A DNA stretch of 60,704 bases, the filler included, from Dimargaris cristalligena (taxonomy: Eukaryota): the NCBI GenBank assembly GCA_003614675.1. It is 3 parts of 3 records of this genome, joined end to end, with 100 filler letters (N's around TTAATTAATTAA, not from the genome) between each part and the next. Parts side by side here need not be neighbours in the genome. Positions count along the whole stretch, not along the records: positions 20,322 to 40,492 come from ML002704.1; positions 40,593 to 60,704 come from ML002705.1; 1 more part is not named here. One strand, given 5' to 3'. The position numbers and the translations under genes are program-made. The notes beneath the pieces are model-generated. The model searched no databases, was not told the origin of the DNA, and saw only the letters and a program-made list of their open reading frames with translations. Below are positions 36,425 to 49,218 of the stretch, piece after piece; within the stretch, counting starts at the first letter, position 1; the number at the start of each line of letters is the position of its first letter.

Positions 36425-38509
36425 GGGGCATGTGGGGTCGAGCCTCGGGCTACGATGTATTGAATTTCTGAAGAACCACTAGGAGAATTTACTAGGGCTG
36501 GTCAATAAAAAAAAGACTGGTGTACAATAGCTTGGCTCGCTGGTGACTGGCACTAATGTAGAAGAAAGAGGGACTACTTGGCAGGCTAATGTACCAAAAA
36601 AATAAATAGAAAAACAATGGTAGCACAGTGATGTGGCGGAGTTTGATAAGTGAAAAGCCACTAGAATTTATATATATAGGGGCCTAGGAATAACATTACA
36701 AAGGAAGTTTAGTACAACTGAAGGATATATATTAGTAAGGGAGCAAGGCAAATGAGCCCAGAAAAAAAGAGAACAATAATACACTGTTGGAGGTCAGAAA
36801 GAGTCGAGTGGACTAATGGTGATCTATACTAATACTAATTCCACGCCACCAACGGTGGGTTTCCGCAGCAGGCCTCGTCCCCTAGCCCATTTAAAGTAAC
36901 TCTGATAATAATTTTCGACGCACAAGCAATCAGAGTTCACCGTAAGGAGCCAATTAGGAGCACCGGTAAATATATCATACGGGGAACTTGATAGATATAA
37001 TTCCAAATGAATTCACTCAGGAATTATGTCTGCATAATTGGGTGGCATATTTATGTGGCTAACGGTTATCTATAGTGACATTCCCATCGTAACCCAGCGG
37101 TTCATGATATACAAAGGAAAGGACACGATCCCCCTGGCCAATTTAGTCAAAGACCAAGGCCGAGCTGGTGGGCAAAGCCGATATATGCTGTACACTATTG
37201 TTAATAAAAAGAATTGCAGTTATAAGGTCTATCACACAGTTTGGAAAAATCGTGAAATAATTACCTGATAGACTGAATGAATAGAATATAGTGGGCCATA
37301 CTTCTTCCGAGAGGCATTTATATAGACAGACCGACTAGGCAATGTGGGGCCACAATTTCTGAATAGACAGTCAGAATCACTCTTTCAAGAAACTACAGTC
37401 ATACATGGTATTAATTTTTAGAAGCTAAGGCATAGTCCAACGAACTGTGGAAACTTACTGATTTGGGGCTGCTTCATTCTAGGCAGTATCCAATACCTTA
37501 ACCAATGAGAATACTAAAGCAGCAGTGGAATCTTGGCCATTGAAATTTTAATTTGGAACCAGCATCAATATCAAGTGAATTCGCCTCTGAACAGTAGACC
37601 TTTATAGTAAAACATTGAGTATTCACTCATGCATTATTCCTCAAAAAGTTATATATATAAGAGGTAGCACCCAGTAATTAAAATTCAATATAATATTAAG
37701 AAAATAGTAGACCATGTTGCCAAAACCCCATTTCAGAGCCAAGGGGCTGGGGGGAAGGAGGGGGACTTTTATTTTTGTAATAATGGGGTACTGGCTTTTA
37801 GGGAGATGGGATGCCTGTTATCTTCTGGTATATACTATGAAGGTGTAGCTGGGGCATTGCTATGTACCAGGTCTTATGTCAAGTAGGAGAAGGATCGTTC
37901 AGTGCCAAAATGGTCAAATGTGAAAGGTGTCCATCATTTACCTGAGAAGCCATTTACAGTTACACTTATTTTTCATGGATAGCCATAATACAAAATTATG
38001 TATAGAGTACAGAAAAGTGGCATGGCAAAGTAAAGATGTTGAAGTACAAGGAATTGTTATTGGAAATTCATTTCCCCCGTCCCACTGATTCCATCTCTGT
38101 GATTGGCTCGTCCTATACTCGGGACTATATTCTAGCCATTACTATATCATTCTATACCTGGGACTTCGTCCTAATTATTATTACTGCTATTATCCAATTC
38201 AATAAAACCAACCGCGGGCATCTAGCCTTGCCCCTTGCGGTTTTCTCTCTCTTCTTTAAATCTTTATAGTTGCAACTGAAGGTACTTGCATTTACCATTA
38301 TATTTATATTTCTAACAATTGTTACCAAGTAATTCACAATAGGCAAAATCAGGTAAATCACATTGGTGAAAAAACCACCAGTTGGAGCAATTATAGACAA
38401 TACATTTGCCATTCCATTTTGTATACATTAGCTGTAGAAGTATTGTGAAAAATATGTGTCAGTGAGGTTCCCAAAATCAATTCCAACAAAGAAGCCAATG
38501 GCTGCAGGA

Positions 38510-38651
38510 TATGGGAGAGGTTTAACCGAGCTGTATAACAAAAAATCCATTAGATGAAGCAAATATTACTGATTAAAAATAAATCTCTCATGTATTATCA
38601 CACACACTTGTCATTTAAAACCTTATACAGCTAGGCCTGATTTCACCCATA
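38510..38651 (+). mobile_element. 142-bp MITE, copy 3
   Basis: Same TIRs, length and interior; more diverged. Confidence 0.85.
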
Positions 38652-38829
38652 TGTTATTCACAATAAATTTATCTAAGGGCATCTTTAAAAATATATACCA
38701 TAGCCAAATGACTTGATATGTAAAAATAGGTGCCTTCCATCAGTATTGTGTAGATTTATGGCAGTTGGTAAGGCAAAGGGCAGATCTGTATTATATAAGG
38801 AACAAATAAGTATAAAAGGGGAGTATATT

Positions 38830-40492
38830 TTGTAGCTATAAAATTATATTAGGCCAATCAAAAGATGGTACTAAGTGGTTTTCTAGAGACTTACTGTTAC
38901 TAATAATACATATAGTGATGTAGATGAGTAATATTGATTGACCTAGATAAGCCCAAAAATATCACACTAGCTGACATGTCCAGTTAAACCTAGTACAGTC
39001 GTAGCCAGAAAGAGTGAGGCAAAATATTGAATCTAACTGAACAAAGAACCTCATCCACCACCCATGCATCATTCAAACTGCCGCCTTGCAATTGTCATAA
39101 GCACGGAAGAATCTAAACCAATTGTCTTGGTACTAACCTTTATTTTACGCCAGTTTCAAAATAAATCCTTGTTTAATAAGTTATATTTAATTCACCAATA
39201 TAAAAAGGCCATTATTTCCTATCGAATTCAACCAGGCATACAAATTTATTAAGAAAATAAAAATTTAATTATACACACATTTAACCTGCACATTGGCAGG
39301 TACCACCCGGGTATGGATTATGAGGTGGCTGGTACATTGGGTCGACCCCTGTGCCGCGGAGAGCTTGGCAGAGGGTTTAGCCGTGGTATAGTCCCTGCCT
39401 AATACCAGGGAGGGATTACTACTTACACCCCACCGGGGGTGCATATCTGGGTTTTTAGCCTGCTTTGTAGCAGGAGGCAATCGGAATATTGCCATACAGA
39501 TAGCTAATGAGTAAAGAGGAGACCTGAATGTGGTCCCACGAAATAGTGGTAGAAGATAACGGAAGCAATTCCAAAAAAAACAAGCAAGACCTTGGAGATT
39601 TCTTAGTAATAATACTAGGTGTGGGAAAGTGTAAAGCACGATGACAGCAGAGGGGTGCACATGGCATGTGTTTTTGTCTGATATAATGTTTAGTGGAGGG
39701 CCGCTCACCCTCCTTTATATATTAAAATTTATGCTCATATGAAGTAGGTGTTCTATAAGATGGCCAATTGAACTTCCAAAGTATGCTTGCATCAAAAGAT
39801 ATTATATATATTCTTCGGGTGAACAATAGGCCAATTGGATATTTATTGTCGAAGCTTGACAAGGGATAGTAGCCATGTCCGCAGATTGGCTAGGATAACT
39901 ATTCAGCTGGATTCATGAATTCTTTTTATGAAATACCTGATGTCAGGCTAGTCACTTGGAAAAGGCCAGTCACAATGGCTTAATATGACGACCAAAGGCA
40001 CTACTTACGATGCCTGGCTGTGGGATAGTGATTGTACCAAGATTCTTCAATAGTAACTTTTACAAAACTTGATATTCATGATGACTACAAAATGACACTC
40101 CACCGCTGCATGCTTGCCTGTTTTCAAACAATAGACACCTAGTCAGGGAAGGAATCCAATCCCTGTTATGAGACCTACTGTACAATGTATTTGGGTTATT
40201 CAAACCCAATCGGAAATTAAAATTTATCACCGATAAACCCGGTCATATCCTGCTAGATTAGTTGAACTCCCAATCAGGTGCTCATTGTCTCGACATATCA
40301 ATGTCATTCTCATACACAATGTCGCTAATCACGAAGATGAAGTTAGTTTAGTTTAGTAGTGTATTTAAAAATACATAACTTGTACATCGTGGATGACCTT
40401 CGGTGTGTGCTTGTGGTGTATCATGTAAATGCAGTCACAGGCTTCTTACATTGGAATCAATAGTTATTGGTATGAGGAAATGTAAGTCTCAA
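38830..40492 (+). mobile_element. Family X element, copy C, truncated by gap; left boundary approximate
   Basis: Inverted homolog of copy B. Confidence 0.75.
39278..39474 (+). ncRNA. Candidate structured RNA module, copy C
   Basis: Same hairpin series. TATAAAAAG at 39199. Confidence 0.5.
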
Positions 40493-40592
40493 NNNNNNNN
40501 NNNNNNNNNNNNNNNNNNNNNNNNNNNNNNNNNNNNTTAATTAATTAANNNNNNNNNNNNNNNNNNNNNNNNNNNNNNNNNNNNNNNNNNNN
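40493..40592. other. Assembly gap with TTAATTAATTAA spacer
   Basis: 100-nt N run with artificial linker. Confidence 0.97.
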
Positions 40593-41521
40593 GGTGGTTT
40601 TAAAGGAAATGGCCTTTATTACGACTAATAAACAGAGGTGTTGGGTTTTCATTCCCAAAAGTAGGTGGTGTAGTCAATTATTGAAAATGTTATTTTGCAG
40701 GCACTTTTTCTCACCCTGGCCCCGGCTTTAATTTTAACATTGTGATCAACTTCTAGGTATTATTCGTGGACAGGAAAAACGAATGGCCCGCCTCAATTAA
40801 GACAGTTATAGTCGAATGCTCATGTTGGTCATTATTGAATCTCATTCTAGTTTGAGGGTTTAATTATTGAAATGACCCAACAGGGCCTGGTTACTACTAA
40901 AAACAACATCATCTACTAGGCAACAGTGCAGGAATTACCCTCAAATCTCCTCCCCCTCCCGTGTCTTCTTCCATCCACTGTTTAACACTGCGTGATTAGT
41001 TTATATTCCAATTGCCAGCCTAAAGGTATGCTGATCAATCCAATTACGAAATACCAACGTGGTACAGTCCAGCTTCCCCCCCCCCCAACTCTATGTCCCC
41101 CCCCCAAGTCCCACTGAGCTGGAACATAATTACGTGGTCAGTCAAGTCTCAAACTTAGTCACTTGTACAGAGTTAGCTCTGCCCTAACCTATCAGCCTTG
41201 ACTGCTACTCCCCCTCCTCGTTCGGTGTTTTTTGTGGCGATAGTTACCCCAGATTGCCGAACAATACACCTACATGTCTATTTTATCTTGGCTGTACACT
41301 CCGAATTCCCCTTATTCTACATTACCATTGTCCTCTTTCGCTTCTTCTGGCGTAATCCTCTGCGAAAATACACAGCGTGCGCTCCTTACCAGTGTCCATT
41401 GACCAGCCCATCTCTTTCTCTGTGATATCCCCCATACAGCCTGTCTACTTACGTCCGCCCTTGAAGCCGTCGTCCCACCCCACCATCCTGGCCCTGAGTT
41501 TGACCGCGGCGGCTCGACAGA

Positions 41522-44500
41522 ATGAGCACCAACCGCCAGGTGTCAAAACGTACTATAACCTACGTCATTGGCCCCCGACCCGCATCGAGTACGCCAACCC
41601 ATCTGCTCGGGGTTAACTCACTCGCTTTCGATCCCCAGGCCGCATGCCTCGACAGTGGAGGAGACCTACCTGAAACCCATGCGCCACATTCCCCCACCCA
41701 AGGTGTATTGTACTCGGCAGGTCGGGATGGTTTGACCCTGGCCTGGGATCTCAATTTCCCAACGGGCCCTACCGGCGACATTGACCGTACTACGCTCAAG
41801 ACCAAAGGGCTTCGACCGGCCTACCGCTGTGCCTCGCAGCATCACGCCGACTGGGTGAACGATATTACCTTGTGCGCCAATAACCAAGCATGTAAGTGTA
41901 GCTATGGAATACGCCTGGCTGAACCGTGCGCTAGACTAGTTCGCTCTACAGCACCCATCGTTTAACTCGGCGAGAGAGTTGGTACCGAAATAATACTGAA
42001 TACCCGGAATATTGCTCTCCGCGTGGTGTATTTATTACTAGCATCAGTGTATTTGTAATACCAATTAACCTCGTCCTGTTTAACACCCCTCGCAATTCCC
42101 GATGTCCACCCACCTGTGTGTGGTTGGTCCCTATATGCGTACATCTATCAATACCTAACCCTGTCCTTTTCCTTAACTCTGCGGGTGCTCTTCCCCCTCT
42201 CTGCCTCCTCTTCTTTACTCCCATCCATTGCTTTGGGTAATCGAACCGTCATTAGTGGCCAGTGCGTCGTCCGATCGGACCATCAAATTATGGCGCCCGC
42301 GGCCCAGTGGTGGTGGTGGGACATTGCCGCCCACGGTAACTACGGTTGGTTACCACACCGATTATGTCAAATCGCTAGCGCACGCATCCGGGCCCCAGTG
42401 GCTGGCTAGTGGTGGACTCGACCGCCGCATTCACCTGTGGGACCTCGCTGCCCAGCGTAACGCCCCCATAGTAACATTTGCCCTATCGAGATCGGTATAT
42501 GCGCTGTCCACCAATCCCCAGGGAAGCTTGCTGGTTTCGGGGTCCCCCGAGAAGACTGTGCGAGTATGGGACCCCCGGTCGGGTCGGGCAGTGACTAATC
42601 TCACCGGCCATACCGACAACATCCGCACGGTATTGCTCAGTCAAGACGGCGAATTGATTTTATCCGGCTCGTCCGATACCACCATCAAGCTGTGGTCCCT
42701 CACCGCCGGACGCTGCATTGCAACATATACCTACCATTCCGACTCCGTCTGGTCCCTTTTCTCAGACCACCCCCGGTTGAGCTACTTCTACTCGGGTGGA
42801 AAAGACGGGCTCATCGCCAAAACACTGACTAACGGGGTCACTTTCACAACCCCGTCGGCCCAGGGAACCCCTAGTGGAGAAGGCCTCCCGTCTGACCTAG
42901 GGTCGCCCGCCGAACGAGGGCCAGCCCAGTATTCCACCCCCGCTCCACCTTTACGATCCAGTTTAGATCTGCGCATAAGCCAGCACTTTGGGTCCACCTT
43001 TTCACTGGCTCAACCGGCTGTCCTGCCGCCTACTGAAAGCGAGAGCGTGGCGATTGCGCGCGAGTCTACCGGTATCGTTAAGCTAGTGGCTCTCAACAAC
43101 CACTACATCTGGACCGCCACCCAATCCTCGGATATTAAATGCTGGCGTGATATTCGGTATGACCAGCCGCAAGTATGTGACCTGTGGGCCAACAGGGATA
43201 CTGATCCTGTGACCTCGCCAACCCCTGACCCTGTTGCTGACAAGGTTAATAGTGCATATCCGACCTCCTTGGCTTCCCAGCTGCTCGGTTCCCAGGCTTT
43301 ACCCACGGATATCTCCCCTCGCTCGTCATTGGAGCAGCTCCAGTCGCCCCTCGCTAATCAGCCTGATTTCGCCCACCTTTCGATGGATTCTCCCCATAAC
43401 TCTCGGCTGATACCCCCCGGCCGCTCATCGAATTTGGAATCCCAGTCTGTCCGAACCTTTTCGCAATCACCGCCCTCCCCAGTCCCTCCGGCGGCCATGT
43501 TAAGCGGTTCAATCGGAAATGGTCGAGATCGGTATGGGCCCCCAGCAATGGACGATATGTTTAGCGGCGACTCTAGCGACGCGGGTGACCAACCCACTCA
43601 TGCCACACCTTTCCCGACGTTACCACCCGAAGGGAGTCTCGCCCAGTATCGGGTTAGCAGTGAGAAGCGGCGGTCCCAGGGTACTGACGAGCATATCTTA
43701 GCCGAGTCCGAATCCACCGTGGTTCGGGAGGCCCCTGATAACATTATTCGCGGGGACCACGGTTTGATCCGGAGCCATGTTTTAAACAACAAGTACCAGG
43801 CCGTGGCCCTCGACACCTCCGGTATAGTCTCACTTTGGGATATTATTCGGTGCCGGCGGGTCAAGAATTTGGGGCCTCTCAGCCAGCTCGTGGCACCTAT
43901 GCGGCCAGCGGTCTTTGAAGGCAAATTGGTCCAGTTCCAGGTGGAGAACAGCCGCGCCAATATCTCCGAAATGTGGGACCAGTGCGTGGAACAATTAAAT
44001 ACGGATGACGTGGTGCCACCTTGGTGCGTCGTGGATACTAAAATCGGGGCCCTGTCCGTCCATTTGGATATTAATCGTTGCTTTGACACTGAGCAATATG
44101 CCGATATCGTGCTCGCCTCGGGGTCTGAGGCCGACTCTGAGGCAGATGGCGGTGAAACCCCGGCTGCCCACACCCAGTTCGAGCGGACCTTAACCAAAAT
44201 TAACAGTCCGACCGTGTTGGGTAGCCCCCGAGGTAAACCGGAAATCCCCCAGGACCAGCGAATGAATCTGGGCCGGTGGGTGCTCCGCTATTTGTTTGAA
44301 GGCTATACGGACACACGCCTCACGCTGGGTGGCATTCAAGAGGCCCTTAAACGGCCCTATCTACCCCGACCTATGGCCCGGCCTCATCCCCGACCATTGC
44401 CGCCTGCGCCCACCATAGTACCACCCCCATCCTCGGAACAGAAGTCCGATTCGGGAGCACCGGTCCCTGCCGCCCCTGTCCCAATTGAACTCCCGCCGGA

Positions 44501-47252
44501 AGTCGACCCGAGCGAGCCCGTACCCACTATTGTCGTCCCCAAAGCCGACCCTGAGCCGCCTGTGACCCCTCGCCGTGCTTCCGAATCTTCAGTACACTCT
44601 GATACATCGAGCGGCCATTCCGAGCAGTCGGTATCAGAACCCGGGTCGCCGACTACCCCCAGCTCCACCGCCGAAGAAATCGACAATATCGTACCCGGGG
44701 TTGACCAACCTGAGGCCGATGCGGGCACTTCTCCGCCCAGCTCACTGACCTCGGGATCTTATGACGACCACCTTGCACCCGGGGATGTGTCTAAGAAGGG
44801 CCGGTTCGGTCGACGTGTACGCAAATTCGGCCTTAAAACGTTCGGTGGCACCATCAATGGCACGGGTTCCCGCTTTCCTAAATCGGTTTCCCAAGATAAA
44901 CTTGGGTTGACTCAACCAGGTGCCACCTCGTCTAACGATGGTATCGTGAACACTGGCTTAATGTCGTCCAAATCGCAGGAGTTTCTGAAGAGTGCGAGTA
45001 GTACGGATTCGACCGCTCAGAACCCCCAAACCCCCACTAGCTCCTCACGGACACTAAATCGACCCAAATCATCGAGCCTTTCCCGGGTGACTATTCCGCC
45101 CATCGAAGCCGGGGCTTATACCGCAACTCTTGCCATCAAAAACAGCAAATCGCCCCGACTTCGCTCCCCCATGTCGTTGACCCAGTTCTTCCCTTTAGGA
45201 GGGGGCTCCTCCTCTAGCCAGGCCGGCGCGGGGGGCTCCCAAGGCCGTTCGAAAGGGAAGCGCAAGAAGGCCTCCAAGAATGGCAAGGACCTCACGGTTC
45301 ATTCCAATGGCTCCCCCACCTCCGGGGTGACTGCGTCGGGGCATCCCACCGAGTCGCCAACTGCCGATGTACAGCGTAAACTCCAACAATTTATGCGTGG
45401 ATCAGGGCAAACATTTGAAACCCTCGAAAGCAAGTCCATTCCGCCCCGGCTTAAGGCCGCGCCTGATGGTGACGGTAGTGCTGGTGGTGGTGACCTGACT
45501 ATCCCTGGAGATGAGGGAGTACCATCACAAACTGAACCCCCATTAAGCCCGCTTCTCCCACCGACCACTCCAACAGCACTACCCGGATCGGGAGCCGGGA
45601 GCCCCTCTAAACTTATAGGAAAGCTAAAAAATTTCTCGTCCCGACGGAAACGTACCCCATCGAATGCCTCGCAGGCCACCACCCCTGGGCTCGAAGTAAA
45701 CTCAGCGGACCTACCACCCGTTCCCGAAATTCCCTTGGCCTCGGGACCCGGTAATCTCGCTGGTCGTGAAACGACACAATCAACCGAAACTCCATCCGCA
45801 GTCCCCGTCCCAGCTGCAGCAGTAGCAGTAACAGTAACGGCTACGGTCGAGCCCGCTACAGCCCCTACCCCGTCTGCGGTACCGACTCCGACTTCAACTT
45901 CTAGTGCCGCTCCACCAGTTGCCTCCTCCCTACCCAAGTCTAAGCCCAATTTGGCTGTTCCGGAGCCAGCTCCCCTTGCGCCGGAACCTGAACCTGAGCC
46001 TGAGCCCGAATCTACCACAGAAACGCAGGAATGGGCCCGACCTGAAACCGATGCTGCATTTTCCTGCTTACCCCAGCAAGTGGGTCGTCCGCCACCGTCC
46101 GAGGCCAACCAAATGGTCCAACTCTATATCCACCACCAGCGGTTCAACATTGATCGGTCTATTTTGTACCCCTATAACGAATGTCCCCCCATCATGATCC
46201 CCCCCGAAACCACCGTCTTGATTTTTGAAGAGTCGGCTGAATCGAGCGCCTCTTTCCCGCTTTATCGGGGCTCGATTGGCAGTTTTCTGCGGATCAAAAA
46301 AATAGTATTGGACGCCCGGTACCAAGCCTCGCGCCAGTTGCCAGCAAATGGGGGTCCCAAAGGGAATGGCAAGCAACCACTATCCAGAGACTCACCCAAC
46401 CCGACCACTGCAAGTGAATCGCCCGGAGCATCTGCGTCGTCCACTTCGTCGCCCTTGAACTCTTCCCAGTCGGGCTGGATCCCCGCCGCCCCCTCGCTCG
46501 ATGTCCGGATCCCGCTCCGAACCTTACAGACCATTGAATACTTTGAAGGGGCGGCTCCACCGTGGCTCTTGGACTTCTTGCTCTGTAACCACGCACCCAT
46601 TAAGGAACCCAGTAAGCTGAGTTTTGTGATGCGTCCGTGCGAAGGGGCTGTGGTGCGGTGGTCATTTAGCGACAGCAAGCCGACTCAGGCCGCGGCTGGA
46701 CCCCGACCTGGGGGTAGTAGTGGCGGGGTTGGAGCTAACAACCCAGGCCCGAAGCACCAGGGCAGCATCCGCTTAGTAGCCAATCGGCTGCTCCGAATCC
46801 GTAAAGTCATTTCCTATGCCGTGGAAAAATTGAAACTGCTGCCCCCGTCTGCCTCGCATTTGTGGGCGCTCCAGGAAGACGATCGTAAGACGCGGGTCAG
46901 ACGCCTGGGGGGTAAGACTTCCCAGGGGTCTCAGGAATCTACCCTTCCAAGAGATGTGCCACCGGAAATTTGGCTGGAGGTGTATTGCAATGAACAGGTA
47001 AGTGTTCAGAGGGCAGATGGGATGATTTACTTTGTAGAAATGGAAATGGACATGATTTTTCTGAATGTTCTAAGGTTAAATTTGCCATAACAATTTTATT
47101 TAGCTCTATACTCAAATGCCCATACTTTTCCATGTATTTTTTCTTTATAGGTACTACCGGTCACCATGACCCTTGGGTCCGTCAAACAGCATATTTGGAA
47201 ATCCAATCGGGACATTGTGTTTGAGTATCGCTACAGGCCGCTGCCATCCTAA
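41522..47252 (+). CDS. WDR48: WD40 deubiquitinase cofactor WDR48/UAF1 (Duf1/Bun107 family)
   Basis: Exons 41522-41891, 42256-46997 and 47151-47252 (~1737 aa). [60 protein letters not shown] and a C-terminal SUMO-like end (C..QVLP..MTL..VK.HIWK..DIV..YR). Confidence 0.92.
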
Positions 47253-48970
47253 ATATAACCATCGAACGAGGGTTGCGACGTCTTTTATCGCACTCACCCA
47301 CTGCATGGTTCCAAATGCCGGCCTGCAATATTTTGGGGAATTAACCGTGAGTCGAGTGGCTCGCCGGTATTTATGCGCCCCGTCTCTGAAATTGGCGAAT
47401 TAACTGAATCTAGCCGCGGCGAACATGATGCCATCCTTTGTAATCACTAATTATATACACGTTTCTTAGCTTATCAGTTGGTCAATTAAAATTGTTTCCA
47501 GCAGGACATTACCATTAAACCCTACATTTTACCTTTGTATTTTCAGAAAGCTAGTCTTGAATGATGCCGTTAGTATCAAGGTGCTACTTGTCCGAATGTA
47601 ATTTACTGTTTCAGTCCCAATAATGCTAGATCTAATGACCGTGCCTCTCCGGCGGTATATAAGAACCCAGCTGACAGAATAAATTACATATTTAGCGAGT
47701 GACCAAGTAAAGTACAGGGGGGCTGCACCAGGAAGGGGAGAGGGCCAATGAATTAAATACCAGGTACATTGTTCTACCCAGGGGGAAGCTAATGCGGACA
47801 AGTAATGAGTGTCAACCGCGTCTTGCACTTCAAGCAAGAAATTGATAAAGTAATACGTGCTTCGATGTGTCGGTTTACATGATGGAGACTGTAATGAATC
47901 ATTAACTACTTTTTTTGCTATACTGTGTCAGGAAGGGAGGCGGAGGCGGAGTCACATCATGTGGTGGTTACCCTCGCGAAACTTGTAGACTAGTCCAGAG
48001 TGGGTAATCACTGCAGCATTAGAATCAGTTGAACTTCGCAAGGGGGGGTGCAATTTAGTCACTGGGACAGCTCAATTCTATTTTATTTATTTGTTGAGGG
48101 TCAGTATTTAATTGCATTAGGGTGAAGGTCACGCTACTACATAATCGAACTTGATTAGGATTGCGCACTTATTTAAAGATATATATTTCAAATGAAAGAT
48201 AATACTACCAAATACTACTACATATGGGAGCCATTAAAAAGTAGGATCGACTAATATGAAGGAGAGGAGGGGGTGTCATTGAAACTAATTCGCAGTATAA
48301 CTAACTAGCCAACCGACCAACCAGTCGGACCTATAGTCCATTTTGGCCTCGTCGGAATACACTATGATTCGCGCGGCTTATAATCGCGACTTATACGCAA
48401 CACCTAACCTAACCTACCTGCCTTATTTTATGCGGCTGGCCGACCATAGTCAATCTCTCTTTTTGTAACTCGCTCTCACCCCTTTAAAATGCAGGGGGAG
48501 TCGCGCTTCGGACTGATTCATTAATGCTATGTACTTTTTTAAAAAAGGCAATGACTACCAATTTAGTCCAGTACCAAGCCATACGCACAACGGCACTGAG
48601 TGCGAGTGTTGGAGAGTTAGATGGACCTCCCCCCCCTCCTTCCCGAATCATCTGCAACTATTACTGCTAATACGTCAGCACCCTGTATATAGAGAGAATG
48701 TGTGTGTGGCGGAAAATCCCATCAGGAGGAAGGTGAGGTTTATTGAATGTAGTCGGGTGAAGAGGAAGGGGTTGTACAGGATGCAAATTTTGAGAAGGGG
48801 CTAAATGGATGATGGTATCGCAGGGAGGTGGTCATTAGTTGGGTCATTAGGAAGGTACGAATCTATCAGCAATTACAATCGGGTATAGAATGAATAATGA
48901 AGGCAAGGCTGACTAAAGCGTAATAGGTATGCGAAGATATGGTGGGTAAGTGTGTATAGACGAAAGGGGT

Positions 48971-48989
48971 ATGGATGGATGGATGGATG
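48971..48989. repeat. (ATGG)n microsatellite
   Basis: Read directly. Confidence 0.8.
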
Positions 48990-49218
48990 TATGTATAAGG
49001 GTAAGTCTAACGGTATGGTATGTAGATTGGGTATGGCATGCGTAGGAATATCGAATGTTTAGGGGGGATAAAATCGGGACAACTGTACAAAGTCAAGAAT
49101 AATAATTATACATAAGGGGGAAATATAGGGGTATTGATAGAGGCCCCAAAATGCATACTTCATAGATGGGTGGGGGATATATTTGGCAGAATGACAAGAA
49201 ACAGCACCGGGTGGACTT

